From a virus (Duplodnaviria > Caudoviricetes): DNA of 36,364 nt. The stretch is taken from the IMG/VR virus record IMGVR_UViG_3300037424_001072, positions 1 through 36,364 of that record. One strand, 5' to 3'. Of the stretch, positions 17,963 through 26,226 are shown in pieces. Both the position numbers and the translations under genes were made by a program. Below the pieces are notes generated by a model. It did not search any database, was not told the DNA's origin, and saw nothing but the letters and a program-made list of their open reading frames with translations. Each line of letters opens with the position of its first letter. Positions within the stretch are counted from its first letter, which is position 1.

Positions 17963-18688
17963 GTGAGCTATCGAACGATGACTGAACTCGAGGCGGACGT
18001 TAGGTTTCGCTACGACTTGGAGACGTTCACTGCTCGGCATCCACAGGCAAACGTGTTTCGATTGTTGAACGATGCGATGCGAGATTTTAGGGATCGGCTG
18101 ACTGTTGATGGTTCGTCGCTGTTTTTGACATCGATGATCATATTGAGCAGTGCTGTCGGACCGAGCGCTTATTTCCCGGGCACCTTGATCCCATTTGGGT
18201 CAACGAAATTCACTTTCGTTCGTGACGTCCATTTGCTGGAAGGAACGTCGTGGCTCCCGCTCCGCGAAATTAGCTACGATGATGCGCTGAATTGGACAGA
18301 CTTGTCGTCGAATTCGCAGCCTCGGGCATGGTGTCTGGCTGGCGTTGACGTTGAAAGCGCCGCGTCAACTACCACCGGGCAGTCGATGCAGATTATGGTG
18401 GTACCCCCAAACAATACAACAAGGAGCTATCGTGTCGTTGGGTTAGCCACAGTCGCTGATTTGGGCGCGAACGATCGAGTAATGACCGATCTCGGAATGC
18501 ATGAATACGCGATTCGCTGGGTTGGGCTGCAACTTGCGACTCGGGACGACGATGTGGCGCTATGGCAGGCGCGCTCGGCGGAACTGCAACAGTGCTACCA
18601 GGACAGCTTGAAACGTGCGAAAAACCGCACTCCTGGGCATTCCAGGCGAACTGACACCAGGACCCGGGGGACCCAATGGCGCTGGTAA
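17963..18688 (+). CDS. Head-tail adaptor protein (putative)
   Basis: TMTELEADVRFR...LLNDA N-terminal helices, beta insertion (QPRAW, IMVVPP), C-terminal helices; position after head genes. Confidence 0.7.
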   Translation: MSYRTMTELEADVRFRYDLETFTARHPQANVFRLLNDAMRDFRDRLTVDGSSLFLTSMIILSSAVGPSAYFPGTLIPFGSTKFTFVRDVHLLEGTSWLPLREISYDDALNWTDLSSNSQPRAWCLAGVDVESAASTTTGQSMQIMVVPPNNTTRSYRVVGLATVADLGANDRVMTDLGMHEYAIRWVGLQLATRDDDVALWQARSAELQQCYQDSLKRAKNRTPGHSRRTDTRTRGTQWRW

Positions 18689-19077
18689 CCAAATTGAAGC
18701 GCCGAGGCCACTGGCCTGGGATTGCTGATCCTTATCGATCAGCGTTTGCTGATGTCGAGAGCAATGCGGCAGATGCGATTGACCAGTTGGAGCAACGCAA
18801 GCGCTCAGCTTGGAATCGTGTCGTCTCCAATACTCCCAGCGTTCAGGCTTCGCTTTGGGACCTTGTGATCTGCCAGGTGAATTGCGAGGTGCTGATACCA
18901 GCTGCGAGCGTCCAGAATTTCGGCGCTGAGATCTGTGTTCAGTGCGGGTCGTCTCTCACGGTTACGATCCGTCCGCTCTCCGGTACGATCAATGGTTCAG
19001 CAAGCTACGCCGCGGCCCCCTCGGACAGAGCTAGAGTTTTCGTTTCTACGGGACTCGGGTGGTCGTCCTATGCCTAG
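18676..19077 (+). CDS. Putative virion/tail protein
   Basis: Overlaps adaptor and nozzle; VTIRPLSGTINGS beta repeat-like segment. Confidence 0.55.
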   Translation: MALVTKLKRRGHWPGIADPYRSAFADVESNAADAIDQLEQRKRSAWNRVVSNTPSVQASLWDLVICQVNCEVLIPAASVQNFGAEICVQCGSSLTVTIRPLSGTINGSASYAAAPSDRARVFVSTGLGWSSYA

Positions 19078-22000
19078 GATCCCGATCGCACTCAATGGGT
19101 TTGCTCAAGTTCCGGACGAACATGGTGGGCCACCGCGCGTTGCTCGTCTTATAAATGCTCGCGTGGATGCTCCACAGAGAATCGCCAAATCACCTGGGTC
19201 CATAGCATTGCCGACTGCAACGGTTCCGAGTGGTAGCGGGCTGACGGCTCCATTGGCTTATGGCGTCACCCCGACGGGGGAAGCATACGCGGTAAGTCGC
19301 CAGGCATTATCCGTGAATCGAGGCGCGTCGGTTTACGGAATTGACGACTCCGCTTGGTACCAGGCAAGCAGTGATCCATACGTGGTATACGATGAGGCTC
19401 CGAGAGTAGAGGATATTTTCGATCAAGAAAGCTATTCGTACAATGCCCCTGGGATTCTTGATCTCGGAAACGGCGACTACGTTGTAGTAGCCGAAGCGTT
19501 GAAGAATTTCGCTGGCTCTGGAGGTGGTTCATTCACGTACAACGAACTTCACTGGGCTCTCGTATCTGGTGGAGATCTAAAACCAAAGTCCCGCGGAAGT
19601 ATCCTCACATGGTCCGGTACTACACAACGCTCATATCCGGTCACAGCTGGGCCATATGTGATCTGCTGGACAGACACGAATACGCTTACGATTTGGAGCT
19701 TTAGTAACTCAACCACATTGGGTTTGGTGGCTATCGCTACAGTAACCTCGTCAGTAGCGTGGTCAAGCGGATACCAACTGGACGCGTCGTATGACCCGAT
19801 CTTAGGTCGACTACTTCTCATCGGTCCACTCGGTGAGTTTTGGCTTCTAAATACCACGACTTGGGCAGTCGCTCTCACCGGTACACTTCCCATTTCTGGC
19901 CCAGTGCAAGGCACTATTGGAGTCGCTGTAAACTCAACAATCACACCGGGAAGGACCTATTTGGCATATCGAACTTCCAGTTCAGCGTGGTTCTGTTACA
20001 TTGCAAATATTTTGGACTCGGGAATCGTTCCGGTGCTTGCCGTGACTCCGCTGTTCACTTCTCCAAACGCCATGAGCGATCCGGGGTTCGTGAAGTGGCG
20101 TGCGCAAATTACGGCATGGGCTGACCCAACCCTAAATCTTACCGAAGGTGCGGTTGCCGCCATTTATCAGAACGCGCTAATTGATGATTCTCCGACCGGG
20201 ACCGGCTTATTGATGGTGTTCAGTGCATCCGGAGTGGCATCGAGACTGTCTTACGGGTTCGAAATGTTCGCATCGATCCCAGCGTGCAAGCCGATCGTTA
20301 GGGCAACCGATGCAGTTGCTCCGGCAAAGGTCGCGTCATTTAGAATCTGGGGATATCAGACTCAAGGCAGAACGCTGCGTAGCGCAGTGGCTCTGTCGAC
20401 CGGCTATACTCAGTACCAGGATGGAGGAAATGATCGCATGTATCCCCGGCTGACCGGGGTTGCGTTTCGAGCTGCCGATCCGGGCCCTGCTCCGTCGGAA
20501 TTACTTATTGGAGCCGTCAACGCGAGCGTTGTGACGCCAACGGGGATTGGCGGAAAGTCGGGATGGCTCACGGCATTGTGTTGTCAAAAATATGCCGATC
20601 TAGGCCCGAATACTTGGGCAAATGTAAGCGTAAAATTGGTAGCACAAGCGGATGGAGATCAGCTGTTGACCGGATCGACATTGCCCGATGTGCTAAAAGG
20701 GGTGCCTACTGTAGATTCGTCGATCATTGTATCTGCAATTCCGGATCAATTCGGCGGCAGGGTCGACATGCAGGGTGCGCAGTACCCTCCACGCAATCCA
20801 ATCCTAGTGGAGAGGGCGATCGGTTCTACTCCGGCGGCTGGTACGTATGTATATTTGGTAGTCCGCGAATGGCGGGACGGAAAAGGGAACGTTCACCGGA
20901 GTCCACCGAGTGACCCAAAGACCATTAGCACGGCTGATCCGGGGACGATCGAAATCACTTGCTATGACGACCCGTGGCAAAATCGAGTACTGGAAACGGT
21001 TACAAAGATCTATCGAACAACCAACGGTGGCTCGGTTTTCTACAACGTTTCTGGAGCCGATGGAATAACCACTCCTGGTTCGACAAATGCTGGGGTTATG
21101 TTCACTGATGGAGCATCGGACGCGAGTATTGTCAGCAATGAAATCCTTTATACGCAAGCTGAGCGAGGAGGGAACTCGGGAATGCTTGATTGGTGGGGAA
21201 CTCCTCCCTGTAGATGCGCATGGGCTGGAGCAGACAGGGTGATTGCTGGTGGACTCGAGAATCCATGCAGGTTCCGTCTTTCGAATCTGTTCTTTTCGAC
21301 CGAGGGGATTTCGTGGCCTGAGCATGCTGCGTTTTGGGGAACGATCAACGAAGCGGTTACGGCTGTTGCGTCACTCGACGTTGCTTGGTTGGTATTCGGG
21401 GGAAATTCTGTTTGGCTCGTCTCTGGTCAGGGTCCGGATTCGTTTGGAAATGGAACGTTCGAGGTTCCGAGGAAACTATCGACCGGTGTGGGCGCACGCA
21501 ATCAGCGTTCGGTTGTAGAGACTCCAGAAGGCATCATGTTCCAGTCGAGCGATGCCCAGATCTATCTCGTGCAACGTGGCACCTATCAAGTTGTCCAGAA
21601 GTCGCAGGCGATTCGGGATGCGATTGGAAAGTCACCCGCAAGCGTATCAGTAGTAACGCTTGGCGGAAATGACTATTCCGATCCAACTTATTGGATCGTT
21701 GGGGCTGTCCACGATCCATTCGCTAATGAAGTCTGGTTCAGCGACTTGCTCAGTCGTTCTTGGGTTTACCAGCCCGACTTCGGGGCGTGGCGAGAAGAGG
21801 TAGCTGTTTCGGAGTCGAGTAAGATCTGCATTTACGTCGGTTCAATCAAAGTGACCGGCTACGAAGGTCCCGCATTTATTCGAGTCCCCTCCGTTGGAGC
21901 ATCCGCAGGATATCGCGTCGCGCGCAAGTCCGACACGAATACATACACCGATCGGCTCGGGAATATTCGTGTCATGGGGTTTCACACAAACGACATTGAC

Positions 22001-22381
22001 CTGATTCACGGGAGGCTCAAGCGGATCTGGGTGCGCATGTATCGTCAACCAGATGAAGCAAGCCCAAAGATCATGCCATGTTCAGTTGCGCTATGGTTTG
22101 ACGGTTCTCGCGATACCGGACTTCCGTCGGTCCCGACTAATCCCGACGAAACTCGATCATATCCCCTTGAGTCTGCAGCGGACAACACACGATTTATGGA
22201 TCTTGAGTTCTGTCCGGCACGGCAAAAGTGCAACCAGTTCAGATTCTGTTGGTACGACGCTCCCGCTGTGGGCGCGACCGCAAATCTTTCGACCTACATC
22301 ATCGGCGTGGACGTCGAGATCGAACAATCTCCAAAGGTCCGCGGGATCCGTTACGCGGCAGGAACTCCGAGGGCAACCTAA
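19070..22381 (+). CDS. Large tail nozzle/stabilisation protein (beta-propeller-rich)
   Basis: About 1100 aa, start reassigned to ATG 19070; propeller-like C-terminal half (VTAVASLD..WLVF...VWLVSG.GP, GVGA....SVVETPEGIMFQS); precedes ejection genes. Confidence 0.7.
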   Translation: MPRIPIALNGFAQVPDEHGGPPRVARLINARVDAPQRIAKSPGSIALPTATVPSGSGLTAPLAYGVTPTGEAYAVSRQALSVNRGASVYGIDDSAWYQASSDPYVVYDEAPRVEDIFDQESYSYNAPGILDLGNGDYVVVAEALKNFAGSGGGSFTYNELHWALVSGGDLKPKSRGSILTWSGTTQRSYPVTAGPYVICWTDTNTLTIWSFSNSTTLGLVAIATVTSSVAWSSGYQLDASYDPILGRLLLIGPLGEFWLLNTTTWAVALTGTLPISGPVQGTIGVAVNSTITPGRTYLAYRTSSSAWFCYIANILDSGIVPVLAVTPLFTSPNAMSDPGFVKWRAQITAWADPTLNLTEGAVAAIYQNALIDDSPTGTGLLMVFSASGVASRLSYGFEMFASIPACKPIVRATDAVAPAKVASFRIWGYQTQGRTLRSAVALSTGYTQYQDGGNDRMYPRLTGVAFRAADPGPAPSELLIGAVNASVVTPTGIGGKSGWLTALCCQKYADLGPNTWANVSVKLVAQADGDQLLTGSTLPDVLKGVPTVDSSIIVSAIPDQFGGRVDMQGAQYPPRNPILVERAIGSTPAAGTYVYLVVREWRDGKGNVHRSPPSDPKTISTADPGTIEITCYDDPWQNRVLETVTKIYRTTNGGSVFYNVSGADGITTPGSTNAGVMFTDGASDASIVSNEILYTQAERGGNSGMLDWWGTPPCRCAWAGADRVIAGGLENPCRFRLSNLFFSTEGISWPEHAAFWGTINEAVTAVASLDVAWLVFGGNSVWLVSGQGPDSFGNGTFEVPRKLSTGVGARNQRSVVETPEGIMFQSSDAQIYLVQRGTYQVVQKSQAIRDAIGKSPASVSVVTLGGNDYSDPTYWIVGAVHDPFANEVWFSDLLSRSWVYQPDFGAWREEVAVSESSKICIYVGSIKVTGYEGPAFIRVPSVGASAGYRVARKSDTNTYTDRLGNIRVMGFHTNDIDLIHGRLKRIWVRMYRQPDEASPKIMPCSVALWFDGSRDTGLPSVPTNPDETRSYPLESAADNTRFMDLEFCPARQKCNQFRFCWYDAPAVGATANLSTYIIGVDVEIEQSPKVRGIRYAAGTPRAT

Positions 22382-24001
22382 ATGGCGTACTTCCCCCCAG
22401 GCGATCCGAGAAATTCAGATCCAAATGCAAACCCAAACGATCCTAGAGTTTGGGTTGGTGATCATTACGAGATGCCGAATGGATCAGGGGTTCCTAATTC
22501 GATTTCACAGGGCACCGGTGCCCACGCAAGCGATGCGTCGTCATTTCTCGCTGTTCCGGACGAATTGTTCACCGGACTCACTGGATCAAAAACCAGTCCA
22601 ACCGACTGGGTGACTGACATGTATTCGGCGCAAGATGCAAGCGCCGGAAAAACTGACGCTAGAGATTTTCAGTACGGTGGTGACGCTCAGGTTCGAGATC
22701 AAACTATACAGGGACTAGCGGCGCGCGGTACCGGTAACTACGGCGTGCTTTCTGACGTTGCGAATCAAGACTACCGAGCGCTGCAAGGTGCTGCCGGAAG
22801 CATCTACAGCACTGGAGCTGAAGCGGCGCACAACGCGGCAGCGAATGCGGTCGCAGCGGCGTCGCTGTCGGATGAGGCGCGTCTAGCCGGTCAAACTCTA
22901 AATCCTTACGGGGATCAGTATTCGCTCGGAAACTGGCAGCGACAAGCCGGCGCAATGGGGGCTTTCCAGCCGAGTAACACCTCGGTTGCCGCCGGCAAGA
23001 GTCTTGCGGCGTATCAGCCTACGTCAGCTGCGGACGCTTCGAATCGACTCCTAGGATTTGACGCTGGTCCCGTCTCGAATCAAACACTCGACACCTACGG
23101 CGCACTGCGGAACTACGCCGAACAAGGCCCGGGTCCATCGGCAGCTGAAGCGCAACTGACGAAAGCACAGGATACCAATGTGGCTGCTCAGGTGGCACTC
23201 GCTCGCTCCGGAAGAGGGGCGGGAGCAAACGCCCAAGGCGCTCGTCAGGCGCAGTTCCAAGCGGCTGATATTGGCCAGAAGACCGCCGCGGACATGGCCA
23301 CGCTGCGAGCAAACGAAGCTGCGACATGGCGCGGACAGCAAATGCAGGCGCTTGGTCAAGCCGGTGGACTCGCGACGAACTACGAGCAGGCACGCCAGGG
23401 TGTAGAGGGCATGGGCCTTTCCGCGCTGCAATCGGCCGGGCAACTGTACTCGACTCAGGATCAACAGAGACTCGCGGCACTCGAGGCCTCTGGGCAGTTC
23501 GCGGCCAATCAAGATCAACAGAGACTCGCAGCGCAGCAAGCTGCAGCTAGTGCTTACGGGCAGCAATACGGCGCAGTTAGCGGGAATCAGGCGGCCACAA
23601 CGCAGGCGCAACAAGGGTATCTTAGCCAGGCTCTCGCTGGGCAGCAAGCGTGGGCTGGGCAACAGGCTGGATCCTATGACCAGTACCTTGGCGCGCTTAC
23701 TTCAGGTGCTGGAGTCCAGAATACGGCGGGGCAGAACAGAATCGCGGGAATCGAAGCCGGTCTCGGACAGCAAGCGGCATACGACCAGGCGGCGATTGGC
23801 GTGCGTGAAAACGAGGCAGCGCGAAGGACTCAGCTCGCGAATACTACCATCGGCGCGCAGACGCAAGCGTCGCTCGGGAATCAGCAGGCAGATCTCGAGA
23901 AAGACAAATCCAGCGCTGGGTTCATCGGCGGCCTGTTTATGCCGTCTGACAAGCGAGTAAAGACTTCAATCAAGCGCTACTGCGCGCTCGGAGGCAAATA
24001 A
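22382..24001 (+). CDS. Gln/Ala/Gly-rich ejection (pilot) protein ending in the S74 autocleavage motif
   Basis: Low-complexity helical composition; GPSAAEAQL; C-terminal GFIGGLFMP-SDKRVKTSIK. Confidence 0.7.
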   Translation: MAYFPPGDPRNSDPNANPNDPRVWVGDHYEMPNGSGVPNSISQGTGAHASDASSFLAVPDELFTGLTGSKTSPTDWVTDMYSAQDASAGKTDARDFQYGGDAQVRDQTIQGLAARGTGNYGVLSDVANQDYRALQGAAGSIYSTGAEAAHNAAANAVAAASLSDEARLAGQTLNPYGDQYSLGNWQRQAGAMGAFQPSNTSVAAGKSLAAYQPTSAADASNRLLGFDAGPVSNQTLDTYGALRNYAEQGPGPSAAEAQLTKAQDTNVAAQVALARSGRGAGANAQGARQAQFQAADIGQKTAADMATLRANEAATWRGQQMQALGQAGGLATNYEQARQGVEGMGLSALQSAGQLYSTQDQQRLAALEASGQFAANQDQQRLAAQQAAASAYGQQYGAVSGNQAATTQAQQGYLSQALAGQQAWAGQQAGSYDQYLGALTSGAGVQNTAGQNRIAGIEAGLGQQAAYDQAAIGVRENEAARRTQLANTTIGAQTQASLGNQQADLEKDKSSAGFIGGLFMPSDKRVKTSIKRYCALGGK

Positions 24002-24002
24002 C

Positions 24003-24440
24003 ATGGACTTCGGATCTTTGCTCGGCGGACTGACGGGGAAAGCGGGTGGCGGACGTCAGCAGCCCCAGGCTGCGGCTCCCGCAACGACCGAAACGCTCGA
24101 ACGGCTCAAGCAGATTGCTGCCATGAACAATCAGCGCGGACTTGGATCGATTTCTGGACCAGACGCGGTACAAATGACGCAACAGGCGCCAGGGTACTCG
24201 TTTCAATATCGAAATCCTGGTCAGCCGGGAATGCCGCCGGGGCAGCAATTCGGTGTGATGACTCAGGACCTAAAAAAAACCCCTGCCGGTCGCAGCGTGG
24301 TGCAAGAGGGGCCAGACGGAGTGGAGCGAGTCAACACCCCTCGACTCACAATGCAGAATACAGCTGCAATCGGGGAGCTCGCGAATCGTCTCGATGAGCA
24401 GCCGCTGGATAAGCTACGTCGTTACGGCGGGGGCTACTAA
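24003..24440 (+). CDS. Stand-alone C-terminal part of a peptidase S74 (intramolecular chaperone) domain
   Basis: YSFQYR, FGVMTQDL, VV.EGPDG...VN, AAIGELANRLD; own GGAGG RBS at 23990-23994. Confidence 0.7.
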   Translation: MDFGSLLGGLTGKAGGGRQQPQAAAPATTETLERLKQIAAMNNQRGLGSISGPDAVQMTQQAPGYSFQYRNPGQPGMPPGQQFGVMTQDLKKTPAGRSVVQEGPDGVERVNTPRLTMQNTAAIGELANRLDEQPLDKLRRYGGGY

Positions 24441-24441
24441 C

Positions 24442-26226
24442 ATGGCAAATATCGTCAGCCGAACGCCGCACCCAAACATGAGTGGAGCCGATCTTATTCG
24501 GTTTGACGATGGCTCGACTCAGACTGTACCTAGTTCGTCGTTGCCTCAGTTTGCTCCAAAGCCTCAGCCTGTTGCTGCCCCAGCGATCGATGCTCCTCCA
24601 CAATACGCGATCCCTAGTCAGCAGCAACCGAATGGCCCAGTCGAGCGTCAAACCCGAAACATGATGACACCGTATGGGTTACCGTTGCAGGATGTCCAGC
24701 GACTCGCCGAACAGAAAGTCTATCAGCCGGGACGAGCGGCGTACGATCCAAATGCTGTCGTTGCGAAGCAAGTTCCTGTTCCAGTATCGAGACAGACTCA
24801 AGTGCAAGGCGCGAAGCCTTACGACGAATCCGAGTATTGGACTCCGCAGGCGAACGAAGCAAACGCCCAGCGAATAAAGGGCGAAGCTGACGTCCTTGCC
24901 GCAAACACCGACTTGCAGATCCAGCGCTCGGCGCAGATGGAGATGCAGTCATTGCAGCAACAGCAAGCAGCAAAACTGAAGGCCGACGAAGACAACTACA
25001 ACGAACGAATGGCTTCATTGAACGAAGAGGCTGCCGCGGTAGCTCGCAAGGAAATCAATCCGGATCGTGTATTTCAGAATATGGGAACCGGACAGAAACT
25101 CATGTTCGCGCTTGCCGGCGCGTTCAGCGGCTACGCAACACAGGGGCAACGTAACCCAGCGGCAGAATACATTTCTCACATGATTGATGTCGACGTGCGT
25201 GCGCAAGAACACGCGATCAGTCGACAGCAGGGGAATGTGGATAATGCCCTGTCTCGGTTGTCACAGCAATGGGGGAGCATTGAAGCCGGGCGCTCGGCAT
25301 TGAAGGTCCAACAGGCCGAGGTAATGAAGCAAAAACTTGCAACGATGGTTGCCGAATCGGGGACCAAGCGAGCGGTTGCAAATGCGAAGATTGCGCAAGC
25401 GTCACTCGATGCGATCCAACAACGCGAACTACTGACGCTCCGTGACGCGGCTCGCGGAAGTGTGACCACGGCCGAAACTGCCCAGATGCAGGTCCCAATC
25501 GCTGGACAGGCTGGCGGGTACCGCATGCCAACGGATGCAGAGGTGGAGAAGAGAATCGCTCGTGAACAGGGACTGCGCGCAAAGGGACAGGATATCATTG
25601 GGGGCGGACTCAAAAACGAAGCGACGGCAGCCGAGTTGCGCGGGGAAATTCCGAGCGATAGGCAGATGAAAGCCGATGAGCAGATTTCTCAGCGGCAAGA
25701 GCACCTAGGAAAGTCGATGTCCGAAGTCGCAAATCTCAGAACGAACGTTGACCAGATTATCTCGCGCGCCGGTATTACTGAAGACGAAAAGGGGAACGCC
25801 CACCACAAGGGGATCCCGGGGGTCGGAATGGGATACAACGTAGTTTCTAAGATCCCAGTCTTTGGGAACGAGTTGGCTTCGCTAGCCGCAAATGCCGCTG
25901 GGGCGGATTCTGCTGTCGTTCGCAACCAGGCAATGGAAGCTCTGACATACAAGATCAAGGACGCATCCGGAGCGGCATTTAGCGAGGCCGAGGCTCAGCG
26001 TCACGCGCAAGCGCTGGGTCAAGGGATGCTCGCTGGTGAGGATACGTTCGCGCAAGCGGTCGTAAACTTCCGCAAGGCTCTCGATGAGAAGGAGCAATCG
26101 CTTCGCGCTGGGGCTGGGCTTCCCGCTTCGCGCGGGTACGACGCTGCAAAGGGGCAATTGCAGCGGGAAGCTGCTTATTCGAAATCCGGGATCAGAGGCA
26201 AGTATCAGGGAACGGTGAGCAAGTGA
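24442..26226 (+). CDS. Internal virion/ejection protein
   Basis: Gln/Ala-rich coiled coil with short hydrophobic segments; start reassigned to ATG 24442. Confidence 0.65.
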   Translation: MANIVSRTPHPNMSGADLIRFDDGSTQTVPSSSLPQFAPKPQPVAAPAIDAPPQYAIPSQQQPNGPVERQTRNMMTPYGLPLQDVQRLAEQKVYQPGRAAYDPNAVVAKQVPVPVSRQTQVQGAKPYDESEYWTPQANEANAQRIKGEADVLAANTDLQIQRSAQMEMQSLQQQQAAKLKADEDNYNERMASLNEEAAAVARKEINPDRVFQNMGTGQKLMFALAGAFSGYATQGQRNPAAEYISHMIDVDVRAQEHAISRQQGNVDNALSRLSQQWGSIEAGRSALKVQQAEVMKQKLATMVAESGTKRAVANAKIAQASLDAIQQRELLTLRDAARGSVTTAETAQMQVPIAGQAGGYRMPTDAEVEKRIAREQGLRAKGQDIIGGGLKNEATAAELRGEIPSDRQMKADEQISQRQEHLGKSMSEVANLRTNVDQIISRAGITEDEKGNAHHKGIPGVGMGYNVVSKIPVFGNELASLAANAAGADSAVVRNQAMEALTYKIKDASGAAFSEAEAQRHAQALGQGMLAGEDTFAQAVVNFRKALDEKEQSLRAGAGLPASRGYDAAKGQLQREAAYSKSGIRGKYQGTVSK

